Source: Paramecium tetraurelia
Lineage: Eukaryota
Assembly (NCBI GenBank): GCA_000165425.1
Contig: CT868022.1
Location: 1 to 64,000 of the forward strand
Length of the DNA: 64,000 nt
Direction of reading: 5' to 3'
Shown here: in pieces, positions 51,700 through 64,000 of the stretch
Position numbering within the stretch: the stretch's first letter is position 1
How the letters are laid out: each line of letters opens with the position of its first letter
Translations under genes and position numbers: made by a program
The notes under the pieces: model-generated
Seen by the model: only the letters and a program-made list of their open reading frames with translations
What the model was told of the DNA's origin: nothing
Databases searched by the model: none

Positions 51700-52259
51700 T
51701 CATTTTTATTATTCCTAAACATTTCTCTACCTTTTATGTTTTATTCTCATATGTAAATTCAATGAAACCATGGAGCCATAACTCTTATCACAATTCTTAC
51801 CATAACACTTTAAATATAATGATTAATTTAAACTTTATATTTCTTTTCTATTTAAGTAGATGTTCTTCTCACTCTCTTCTCTTTATACTTCATCTCCTAC
51901 TGTTTTAACTGTTATTCCAATTTGTTGGTTCTATTTTTTAATGCATCTACTATCGATTTAATCTCTTTAATCTTCTAATTGTTTTTTAAATATATGTTCA
52001 ACATCTCCTGTAACTGTCTCAAATCACACTTCTCTTTCCTTATTACACATACTTTACATTCGCCTAATTCATTAGTAATCAATCTCTAATTTGAATTCTT
52101 TTGATCACTCCTCTCTACTTCTATACCATTTTTCAATGGTTCTCTATTTATTATACTTGTATTCTCACTTATAGTCCCAGTTCTTATTAATATTACAAAA
52201 TAATACTTTTGATTTATGATAATCACTTTTTTTGTTACTTTTATTGATTTATTTAACAT
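51700..52259 (-). CDS. C2H2 zinc-finger protein; 5' exon structure uncertain
   Basis: KRVRRTSTQIEKKYK|CYGKNCDKSYGSMVSLNLHMRIKH, preceded by a coiled-coil segment. Confidence 0.75.
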
Positions 52260-53090
52260 AATATAATTATTAAAATGTTAAACATCATTAATCTTTATAA
52301 TCTTAAATTCTAACATGCCTTTGTACGTTCAATTTTTATGGAATTTCATAATTATATTTAAATATTCAGAATAATTATTTTTTAAATATTCTTATCTCTT
52401 TTTAATAAGTTTATTTTTAGTGAACTCACATAATATTATTAATATTGAAATAATTTATAATTATTCCTTTCTTATACAATTCCATATGATTTAATAAGAC
52501 TTATTGTAATTTCTGGTTTAAAAAATCAAGTGATAAATTATCAAAATGTTATGACTACTATTTATTTAAATAATTATACAATCATAATCCTATGAAAAAT
52601 ATAGACAAGCTAATTACCTGCTGCTTATTATAATACACAATAATTAAATGAGAATTTAAAATATGGAGAATGATTTTATTTATTTATATAAATTACGACA
52701 TAACAATCTTCAAAATATCTATCTATAAAAAATCAGTTATTTTCAGATAAATATTATTAATTAATTTCTTTTAATATTAAATTAAATTGTTATCTAAAAA
52801 TGAAGAAATTTTATTAAATATTAATAACTGTGTAAGCAATCATAATGCATTATAAAAATGACTAAGACTATATCAAAGCTGTTCTATATCTCATTAAATA
52901 AGTGTTATCTAAATATTATAGGAAATAATTAATTGATCTTTTTGGAATTGACTGTTAATGATATTTATATGATTAAGTTAAACACTAAATTAATTTTTAA
53001 TATTTATTATCTATAGACATTTATCATAACTACATTATTTTGAAAAACTATTATTATATAATTTATTTATATATAGAGGAAATAAATAAA

Positions 53091-54294
53091 ATGTAAGTTA
53101 ATAAGTGCATGTTCTGTGATAAGTTGAATAATGATGGATCTTGTCATTTAATTCTCACAAAAGCACTTTATTGCAAATACTCTCAGTCATAAAACTTTTA
53201 TTATGAAAAAGACATTAATGAAATATTGGATGACAAATAAGTTAAATCTACTATTCGATTCAAAGATTATGTTTAATTAGATGAACATACAGAATTCATG
53301 AGGAGGTATATAAAAAATAATATAATGAAAAAGATTTTATAGATTTTTTGAGAGCGATGATAGAATACCAGCTCTTTTAGAATACTATAAGTACCACATA
53401 AATATTCCCAGAAACTTTCATTGTAAAGTCATTAATAAGAGAATGGAAAAAAATAGGGAAATACAGTATTGTAAAATAAAAATGGAGTTGGGTTTATTTG
53501 AGGAAGTTAAATAATAATCTCAATCAAAAGTAAAGGACACTTCTGAAGATTGTTCAGTTAGTTAACTTAAGTATTTATTGAGAGATCTCAAAATTGAATC
53601 TACTTAAACTGACATATCTAAAATAAGCAATACGACTGTGCTCAGAGATTTGGTTTAGATGATTGGCGATACAAAAGTTCAGCCAAAGCCTTTCTAGATT
53701 TTCAATTAGAATAAACTAATTTAAAAATCTTTAAAACCTACTATCGATGCTCAAAAATAGATGTACTAAAATTACCATGGAACTCTCAAAAAAACCATTG
53801 AGATGTAATTAAGATAGGTACAATAATTAAAATCTCCACCTCTAACTTAAAGAATCCCAAAACCGGTTTAAACATCCAGATAGACATCAGCATAGAAGCA
53901 AAGATCTAAAATAGAAATTCCAATAAAAACTATAAAGAAGCCACCTTAATTAAAGTCAAGGTAAGCTTCATTAGGAAATATCGAAATGACTAAATCTTGT
54001 TTAACAACTGCAAGAAATACTCCATAACAGAATGAATTGTTATTGGAGTTGGCCAAAAAAATGTTTTCTACAAAAATGACTTTCAATAATAGCAACTCAA
54101 AAAAGAAAATTGAGAAACAATAATAAAATAATTTTTTTGTTAAAGGAAGAACTAGTTTAGCTAATAGTTAGAAAAACTTTGAAGATCTTAAAAGTTCAAT
54201 GAGAAGTTTAAGATCACGACATTTAACTCCTAGTTAAATATGTTCTTCAAATCATGGAACACCAAAAACTAAAAAAAAAATGATTTTAAAGTGA
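53091..54294 (+). CDS. Hypothetical protein (conserved-looking N-terminal domain, low-complexity basic tail)
   Basis: Open code-6 frame KYSQSQNFYYEKDINEIL..FKD..EFMRRFY..RIPALLEYYKYHINIPRNF, with one intron near 53306-53332. Confidence 0.8.
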
Positions 54295-54373
54295 ATATAA
54301 TAAGAATCTATTCATTCTTTTCAAATTTATCAAATATATATTTATATGGATTATAAGAATAATATCTTATAAA

Positions 54374-56203
54374 TCAGTTTCTTTGGGATGATTTTGGTTC
54401 TTCTTATTTTTATACTTAAATTTAACTACAGAATAAGATTGTAATTACTTTTTTGATGATATTTACATTAACATAGCTGTTCTATGTGGTAATTTTAGTT
54501 ATAGATTAGTTTGTGCAGGCTTTGAGAATAAAATAAATGATTACTTTTTTTACTTTTTATTACAATCCTTTAATTTCATCTTTGATTTCATCAACCTTTG
54601 CTAATAATTCTTCATTTTATTTTTCATTAGATATAGATCTTTCCCTTTAAGTCAGTTGACTTATTGTTAATCTAGAATGATTTATTATAGAATTGATATT
54701 CTAATTTTAAGATGAATAATGTTATGAATTATTAATAGGGTTACTAATGGTAGACATATTATTTTATTAGTGAACTTAAAAGCTGTTATTTTAAATGAAG
54801 TTATGAGTTGATTAACTTATTTCCTTGGATTATGGCTGATATTATGATGTATCAACATCTGTGTTAATCTTTTAATTTGCTGGTATGAATATGGTTTCAC
54901 ATTCTAGCTATCTATCATTAGATTATTGTTGAAGTTCTTCTTGAATTTGATCATTATGTTAAAGGAAGCAATTAACTTGATTTTCGAATCTTTCNNNNNN
55001 NNNNNNNNNNNNNNNNNNNNNNNNNNNNNNNNNNNNNNNNNNNNNNNNNNNNNNNNNNNNNNNNNNNNNNNNNNNNNNNNNNNNNNNNNNNNNNNNNNNN
55101 NNNNNNNNNNNNNNNNNNNNNNNNNNNNNNNNNNNNNNNNNNNNNNNNNNNNNNNNNNNNNNNNNNNNNNNNNNNNNNNNNNNNNNNNNNNNNNNNNNNN
55201 NNNNNNNNNNNNNNNNNNNNNNNNNNNNNNNNNNNNNNNNNNNNNNNNNNNNNNNNNNNNNNNNNNNNNNNNNNNNNNNNNNNNNNNNNNNNNNNNNNNN
55301 NNNNNNNNNNNNNNNNNNNNNNNNNNNNNNNNNNNNNNNNNNNNNNNNNNNNNNNNNNNNNNNNNNNNNNNNNNNNNNNNNNNNNNNNNNNNNNNNNNNN
55401 NNNNNNNNNNNNNNNNNNNNNNNNNNNNNNNNNNNNNNNNNNNNNNNNNNNNNNNNNNNNNNNNNNNNNNNNNNNNNNNNNNNNNNNNNNNNNNNNNNNN
55501 NNNNNNNNNNNNNNNNNNNNNNNNNNNNNNNNNNNNNNNNNNNNNNNNNNNNNNNNNNNNNNNNNNNNNNNNNNNNNNNNNNNNNNNNNNNNNNNNNNNN
55601 NNNNNNNNNNNNNNNNNNNNNNNNNNNNNNNNNNNNNNNNNNNNNNNNNNNNNNNNNNNNNNNNNNNNNNNNNNNNNNNNNNNNNNNNNNNNNNNNNNNN
55701 NNNNNNNNNNNNNNNNNNNNNNNNNNNNNNNNNNNNNNNNNNNNNNNNNNNNNNNNNNNNNNNNNNNNNNNNNNNNNNNNNNNNNNNNNNNNNNNNNNNN
55801 NNNNNNNCCAATTTCTCTAGCTTGTGAGATTTTCATTTGCAATTTAAAAATTACCCTTAATATTGTAGGCATTCTGTAAACGTTCCAAAGAAGTATTATG
55901 TTCAATGGAGTTATTTAATTTATAAGAGAGGGATCTATCTCTATCCTATTAAAAAATGTTGCTTTTTCTGGGGAGGGAGATGTTTTGCTTTGCTCGATCC
56001 GAATTATTGCTCAATGATTGATTCAGTTATTCTCTTGGATTATTGGGTGGAACCAAGGCCAACTGAAATAAACTTCGTTTTAGAGTTGACATGGATGATT
56101 GATTGGAATGTTGATTTAACATATCTACAACATTTAGATATCTAATACTTTAGGCAGCAGCATAAAACATAGTTTTTTTCGGATTTGAACTTAAAGTATT
56201 CAT
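54374..56203 (-). CDS. Hypothetical protein spanning the gap at 54995-55807
   Basis: MNTLSSNPKKTMFYAAAQ|..., with open frames on both sides of the gap and a Q-rich C-terminus ending SQRN*. Continuity across the gap is inferred. Confidence 0.6.
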
Positions 56204-56242
56204 AATAATATAATATATAAGTTATTAATTAGAAATAATCTC

Positions 56243-56887
56243 TCATAGTAATTGACATCCTGATTTCAATTGTTTTATACTCTCTTTTCTCATAGTAGAT
56301 CGTAAAATAGTCGAAGGTTATCGTTCACTGATAGTCATACTAACCAATTCTTCAAATATATTTTTAATGTTATTATTCAAGAATGCACTGCACTATCTAT
56401 ATTTTAATCCCTCTTATTCGCATCTTTCCCAAAACATTTAGAATTTATCAGGATCTTTCAGTTTATCTGATTTATTGCCCACAATTAATTTAGGCAGATC
56501 CTTTTTGCCAGCCATTTCTAATTCTGGTTTCCATTTGCTCCAAACATTATTGAAACTATCCATGTTGTCCACAGAAAACACAATCAGAAATGCATTAGCT
56601 GACTAATAGCTCAATAAACGTAATCTTTCATATGACTCTTGACCTGCTGTATCCCTTGATACTTATTGCATGTATATACCACAAAGTTAATTGTACTTGA
56701 GTATTATCAACACTAATTACATTTGAGTAATTTTCAAATACAGTAGGCACATAATCAATAGGAAATTTATCCTATGTGTATCTATGATTTCACAATTAAA
56801 TTACGTCAATAGAATTGATGTCTTCCCAACACTGCTATCTCCAACTACAACAATTTTGATTGATTAGGGTTCCTAATTACAATTCAT
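56243..56887 (-). CDS. Rho/Rac-family small GTPase
   Basis: [49 protein letters not shown] and CAAX motif CQLL*, with two introns. Confidence 0.93.
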
Positions 56888-56952
56888 TATAAAATTATTA
56901 TACTATTTTAGATATTTAAACAATTAATTTATTGTTTAAAGCAAACTATTCA

Positions 56953-58201
56953 ATGGTTTATATGGAATTGTTTTTCTTCAATTGGATTAGAATTTTATCT
57001 AAGAAGTAGCAATATATATAGAAAATGAAGAAGGTTGATCATTTAAAATAGAAGTTGAAATTTTCAAATATCTCTGTCTCATTGATGGCATACACAAATG
57101 TATAAGATTGTTAGAATAACATGGTCACAAAATAATAGATAACTAACATTTTTTGGCATCAACTTCATTTATTATTTAAAATTTTGGAAGCATGACTGAT
57201 AGCAAAATAATTGGTTTTAGTTTTAAAGCTCCATTTTAAATAATGAATCAATAGAGATCCAAAGAATATCCTCTTAGGTTCAAGAAAGATACTCAAAAAA
57301 TTGATCTGCTTAAAATTGGAATCGTTTAAAATTTAGAGTATTTGCAAGAAAAAAAGCATAATACTATTTATTCCATTGAGAGTGTAAATTCTTTTTGGGA
57401 ACCAGCAGTTCTTTCTCATTTGGCCAGAATTGAATTAGAAAAGTTCATTTAGAATAATATCACTTTATATAGATATCTAGAAAATAGTAGATCATATGCT
57501 TAATCAGAGGGAATCGATAACGACCTTAGTAATTAATAAATATGCTCAGAATTACTGATATATTACTGTCTGTATAAGATGATTGAATCTTAATTACCAA
57601 AAGGCAGCCGACCTTTGAGATCACATCTTTTGTAAAACCCTATGAACAAATTATTAAACATTCCAATTAGCTATAGGCTCAAAAACTGATCTTATTGATT
57701 AATACAAGATCGAAATATATGCTGAAATCATAATTATTCTAAATTCCATTAGTTCAATTGAAACTAATTCAAAATTGTATTTAGGTTTGATTTATTGAGT
57801 AGATATATTTATTGACTAGACTATTTTTGATATTATCTTATTTCTTTTTATCATTATTTAATTCATGCAATTATAAACTCGAAACTCAAATAGCTTAATT
57901 GAAGAGCTACAGACTGAAAAGAAATAATCAGAAGAGACAAAACAAATACTCAAAATGGTATACTATCTCATATAGGTTTTAGAAGGTGCAAGACTTTCAT
58001 TAGAAAATGTAAAAGGAGAGAAATGAAAAATTATTTTAAAAAAATAGGTAAATAGTGATGCTACCTCCAATTTTATAAGATGATCAAAACTATCCTTATT
58101 AATTTAATGAAGATGATTTTGAAGATGAAGAAACGTATCACATCAATAATTTTGATGAAATTGAAAAAGAACTTGAAACATTTTACTTACACAAAATTTG
58201 A
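56953..58201 (+). CDS. Hypothetical protein; start and intron structure uncertain
   Basis: Long code-6 open stretches (VEIFKYLCLIDGIHKC...) and an acidic/coiled-coil C-terminus ending FYLHKI*. Confidence 0.55.
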
Positions 58202-58245
58202 ATATTCTAGTTCAAAATATTTGTTTTATATTAAAAAATGATTTA

Positions 58246-61200
58246 TCACATCTTTTGCTCAAATCTCTTAATTGCATTATACACTTATACATCCAATAGG
58301 CTTTCATGCGGTAACAATACTAATGCCTATCTAATTGCTCTAATTTGTCTTTATAATTTTCTAGTTGCATAGATTACAACAGAAAATAAAATGGCTGAAG
58401 CCACTATCCCAAAAACTATATAATAGATTAAGTAATTCTAGTAATCGGTTTCTAAAATATCAACAGATGTCGATATTATTGTTACATAGAATTCTACAAT
58501 TGCTTTATTAAGATCAAAGAAATATGGCATTAATAGTTAAATATTTTCGGCAGTTTCCATAAAAAGAACTACTTCATCTGCATTTGTCTCCAATTCTCCA
58601 TTCAATTCCTTTACGAATTTACTTGAAAAAAGCGCTTAAATTCTAAAATATTTAAATTAAATCTTACTCCTAATACAATCCATTAAACCCTTATTTAAGA
58701 TGTTCCCTATTATTATTAATCTCCTATGGCTAAGGAAACTCTGGAAAGTATTGGAATTTCCCATTCTGATAATAACAAAACGGCAACTACTCACCAATAT
58801 AATCACAAAGATCATCTTAATACAAACCTAACAATAAGTTTTTATTTTCATCATTGATCTTGTTGGATGCCACTATATTATCATAAATTGAATTGTATTA
58901 TTCTTTCTATAAATCCAAACTAATCTTAAATTGAGCAAGTAGAATTTAATTGTTCTCTTAAAAAAATCCATTTGTTTTATTATACTCTGGGTTTTTCAAA
59001 TAGATACCACTTTTTCTCTGATGTTAACTTAATAATAATTAATTTTTTATCAATTAACTAATAATCATGCAACTATCAAATCTTTATTTAAATCTAACAA
59101 ATTTCATACACAAATTCAATTCAGGATTTGAATCTTTCAAGTTGATATTTTAGAATAGATAAGATGATAAGACATAAGCTGTTAGTATAAACCATAAAAA
59201 GAATAGCATCAAATAAATATGCATTATGGAATATTGAGTCTCCTAAATTCTTTAATTCATTTTAGCTCTTTATTATTACTTTAATTGCTTTTTATCAACT
59301 TAATGGGAATGTTTGAGTTTTTATAATTTTTTTAATTGTGATATTCTACAAGTAAAGAACTCTTTAAAATAATTGATTTATTTCCACTTACTAATATCAT
59401 TTATGAGAACATCCTTAAATGTTTTATACTTCAATATTAATAGTTCAACATCCTTTTCTTATACTCTGCAAATCATTAGAAGTATATTCTATTTATAACC
59501 ATATGGTTCTACCCATAATTTAAATTAAAGTAAAATAGCTACTATGATTATCAAAAGTTAAACAAAGAGAAAGACAAGATACAAAAATTCATAATTATCA
59601 ATATTTGCAAAAAATTCGCTCACAATATTTTCAACTACGTTGCTAACAAAATCAATTATATTATTGAGATTTGCTTTCAAGAATAATAATCTTATTTATT
59701 CATTAATTGCAGATTGTTCATCTGTTTCTTCCATCAAATTGTTTAATGCTTGAGTATATTCATTGACCATTTAATTGAATTACAAAAAAGAAATATTTTA
59801 CACTTGATAAATATACTAATTAACTATTTTGATTTCTGCTTTTGTTAACTTCCCTTATTAATCAAGAACCGAGAATTCTTGTTCTATTTGGACAATTAAT
59901 TCTAACAGTTACTGCCTTAATTACTAACTTTCTTTTATGATTCTATAGACATAATACTCACCATAATCAAAGTCAAGCAATCTAATTTCTAGATCAATTT
60001 ATCCTAAAACAGTAAATGTGCAATATAAGCGATTAAACTTATCAGGTAATCTGACAAGTGGAATTTAATATTGCAGATTGCTTGTATTGGCTCTTGCAAT
60101 AACCAATTCGAGAATGACTAAGAATAGCAGCACCAGAAAGAGAATTACTGTATTGATGAACACTTTAATAAGAGTAGTTTAATAGCGTTAAGTATATTAC
60201 AGATTTCTGAGAATATTGAAGACAGACATCTAAGTCCTATCAGATGTAGCACTAGATTAAGATTGTTTAGCATTATCTTTGAACTCTAATTCTAAATCTT
60301 TATATTATTAAATGACTTCTTCTACATTCTATTTATTTTAATTCTACTAAGAGCTACTCTTAGCAAATTCAAAGACTTATTTTTGATCCTCTTCATCTTC
60401 ATCATCGTATTATTCGACATTGATTAGGATTTCTTTATTTCCTCTTGGAGATACTAACTATTATTACTATTAACTTTCATTCAAATATGATTATTTTTTC
60501 TAACTATCATCAATGTCTGCATTTTGCACTTGATTGATTTTGTTAATGATTGGAGGATTGAATCTTATATCATTTTCTATTCCCTCATGATCCAATTAGA
60601 AATCAGATTCATTAAAGGGATCACTTGCAAGAGTCTTTTTGATTGTACTATAATAGAAACTAGTAGATGGTTGATTTAAGGACTTTTTTTTATTAACTTT
60701 TTCAATATCATTTATTTACAATACAAATTAAGGAAGGATGTCACTGCCTAAAACATTAAATGTCAACTAAAACTTGATTGAATATTGTGTATCTTTATCT
60801 ATATATCTAGGTTAATTGATTCTCGAAATAAAGTCATTGATAAATGATAGATTTTATTCTTTTAAAAAATGAATGGAGTTTATTTGATTACCATATGTTA
60901 AATAATTTTATTATTCAGTATCATTTACTTCAGTAAAATAATTTTGAGATTCATGATTTTTAACAGTACTGTTGGCTCTACTATATTCATGATCTACACA
61001 TAATTGATTAAAATTATTGATGGGACATAATATCATCGATTTAGGAATTCCCCTTCCTTGCAATTCTGATTATTACAACAGATATTCCTTCTCCAAAATA
61101 ATTTATTCAAAAATAGTCTAAAACCAAAAGTATACGAATCCTTTATTTAATAATTGGTCCAAAGTGAATCCTTCACCTAAAATGGAGAAGAGTTATTCGC

Positions 61201-63262
61201 TTATCCCTAAGATCTTGCCACGACGATCGAAAATAAGGAAATCATAACTCGTTTTGACTTTTTATAATGCACCTGTGATTATGTAATCTGAGTCATTTTC
61301 AAACATATGCAACAAACTAATATTGGCTGCTTATATAAAATTATTTTTCATCTTGACATATACTTCTTTGGAGTGTTCAATCAATAATGAATATCCTTTC
61401 TTCATGTATCTAAATATGATTTTATCATGGATCTATTAGATATATGGTGGCATCAATTATTCTATATAAAGTATATTCTAGAAATCCTTCTCATCCTTAT
61501 ATCCGAAGAATTGTGCCAATTATCCTCTATTCCTATTTAGGATTAAGCTCTTTTGCCTTGCAAAACTAGTAGCAATCATGACCAATTCATCATTAAATAG
61601 TGTTAAATTATTCACATTATCAGTTTGCACATTCCTTTCGAATTGCATAATTTCATCAATTCTTTATTCAATGTCCAATGTAGCATGATAATCATTTAGG
61701 ATAGCTGAATACAAAATAGACAATAATTTTAATTCTAATATGTTGAAGTGTACTAATCGAGTTTGCAATTTCATTGGCTGTATTGCAAACCAATTAAAGA
61801 ATGCGTCTCTCAAATTCCAAATCTTCTCACTCAATTTATAAGTGCATAATGCAAAATCTTCAATTCTTTAATATCCTTTATCTAAATCAATCCAAAATTT
61901 AATTTTGGTATCTAATATCGAAATCATTAAACTCAAATTATCCTCATACAATAACTCAGCTCTACGAATATCACTTAATTATAATTTCTTCTCTTAATCT
62001 CCTCCAACTTAAATTGTTTTCTTTTTTTCAGCCATTTTCTCTTATAAGATATTAGAAATAACTAGAAAATAAAAAGATTACCTCTAAGAATTAGTCATGT
62101 ATTATTTCAATTCTATGTAACCTAGCTGTGTTTTTTTGCAGGTGTGAATGACATACATGATTTTGTATAATTGTAGATTCTCCATAACAACCCAATCTTT
62201 GGTTTTAATTTGCTCAATTACTAAATTCATGAGATTCAACACAGTTTATTGGATTTTTGAAAAGAGATTGTCATTTTCTATCCAAATATTATGTTTGAAT
62301 TTAATATGACATAATATGGAATACAATTAGATTGGACTCATTTTAGTTTAATTCAAAATATCCACAACGGTAAGCATCTTTTCTTGAGTCATAGGGGAAT
62401 TATATATTTAGTTGTTCATCTATCGGTTATACAATGATGTAATTATGGCAACTGATAATGTTGAGAGCAAGAGTATGAAGTAAAATACTTCTGTTTGTGA
62501 AATTTCAAAGGACGTTAGTTTTATAAGAGAAACAAATAACATTAACGCAGTTGCACTCACATATTTTGTGTTTATTTAGTTACTGTAGGGTTAGATTAGA
62601 ACAGCGTCGATGAGAAAGAGTAAATTCATCATCACCAATATGATGGATGAAATAAGTTCGCTCACCATTGACTTCGTAATCATGAACACAATATCAACAA
62701 TTATTAACACAAAATTAAAATAGGAATATCTTCTTAAGAATTTGTTTCTCTGAGGTAAAAAGTAGTTCCTATTCACCAGGAAATAAAGAATGTAGCATAT
62801 GAAAATGGCGAAAATGATAATGAAACCAATAATAAAATCTTCTTCCTTTAACATTTAATTGTTTAAGTGTTGAATTATTGGTATGAGCACCAATAATTGG
62901 TAGTAAGTAAAGAAGCTTTTTAATGTATATTTTAACTTAAACGTTGTAAATATGTTGATGATGATCAACCATAAATACACGCAAATAATGTAAGATAAAA
63001 CTTTGTTTAAGTTCGTCCTACCAATTAATTAGATTGGAGTTTGTAATGTGAACCAATTAAATACTTGTTGCAGAATTTGCAATTTAAAATCGATATATGG
63101 TTTATCGGCAAAATAATCGTGATCAAATAATAAACTAATCCTCTGAAATGAAAACATGATCATAATCAAAGTGCTATTTACTTCTGTTTAACTCTCATTC
63201 ATAAACTCAATAAAATCTCTTGATCTCTCTTTGAAATATTCGATGAAAGATAAGCAGTACAT
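58246..63262 (-). CDS. Large multi-pass membrane protein with PAS domain (TmcB/TmcC-like family expanded in ciliates)
   Basis: N-terminal transmembrane cluster (62400-63200), PAS-like LMPPYIQQIHDKII and FLIFDRRGKILGISE, further transmembrane pairs, and C-terminus RQALVLLPHESLLDVQVYNAIKRFEQKM*. Confidence 0.85.
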
Positions 63263-63286
63263 ATATTATTAATTATTATATCATAA

Positions 63287-64000
63287 TCATAAATTTTATA
63301 TTGGCCCCCTAATTAAATCTGCAAAATTAGCAAGGATATTGATCTTACTATCACTTAGTACTCTAACAAACGTGTTTAACCTTATTCTAAATGACATATC
63401 TCTCTCAGCCAATGATTAAAATTCTACTTTCCTTGTTCTATTTCCTAAAGAACTATAACTAATAGAAGCAGCATAGTAAACTAATAAAAAGTTCAATTGA
63501 TTTTATAGGTTATAGTTCTCCAAGAAGGTATCCAAATTAGGATCAATTAATAGGAAGATATCATTTACCATCACTGCTGAATTAGGCAATGCTATTTTAT
63601 TATTGTTCTATTCACCTCTAAATCTGCAAGTGATGTTCTCAAAACAAATTATTAAGAATATTAATTTAAACTAGTAATCACTAAGTTCCAATTACTCCCA
63701 GAAGAACATGTCTTCTAAATGTTAATAGGATTAATTCTTCCTCACTTGATCCCAAGTGTATTTGATGTTTATGAATTTACTCTATAATTGAAGGTTTTAT
63801 ATTGTCTCATTATTGCAATCTATCTATTCCATTGAAGACAACATTCCATAGATCTATTTACTGATATCAAATGACAATTAAATACTCTTGTCTCTAATTG
63901 TAATATCATTATCACAATTTATGAATTTCTTGATCATAAGAAACAGAGTCCTAATCTGAACTTATTGTAACTTGCTGTTCATCAATATTTCGGCTGATCC
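63287..64000 (-). CDS. 3' part of a hypothetical protein that starts beyond the window
   Basis: Open code-6 frame of ~237 codons ending ...ADLIRGPIQNL*. Confidence 0.7.

Noticed and set aside
1..64000. CRISPR arrays, telomeric repeats, transposases or retained IESs
   Set aside because: No direct-repeat/spacer arrays, G4T2/G3T3 tracts, DDE or RT motifs, or TA-bounded insertions interrupting the genes were seen by eye.

Overview
This is AT-rich eukaryotic DNA using the ciliate nuclear genetic code: TAA and TAG encode Gln, and TGA is the only stop. Introns are tiny (about 20-35 nt, GT..AG) and some intergenic spacers are only tens of bases, the pattern typical of a Paramecium macronuclear scaffold. 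The supplied standard-code ORF track therefore shows only fragments. Manual re-reading with code 6 gives about 22 protein-coding genes and one atypical tRNA-like gene, with five assembly gaps. The left ~41 kb is gene-sparse and scattered with decayed coding fragments. It holds fast-evolving, defence-like genes: a ~2,900-codon VLIG/GVIN-type GTPase fused to a vWA domain, three WD40 genes, a cysteine-rich surface antigen-like gene, a TPR gene with one repeat per 102-nt exon, a Rab/Roc-like GTPase and an AIG1-like GTPase. It also holds an MFS transporter, an M1 aminopeptidase and a CNBD channel. The right ~22 kb is compact: a kinase, a degenerate P4-ATPase-like gene, Rab2-like and Rho-like GTPases, a pore-less voltage-sensor protein, UEV/MMS2, zinc-finger proteins and a PAS multi-transmembrane protein. 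All translations were done by eye and no database search was run.
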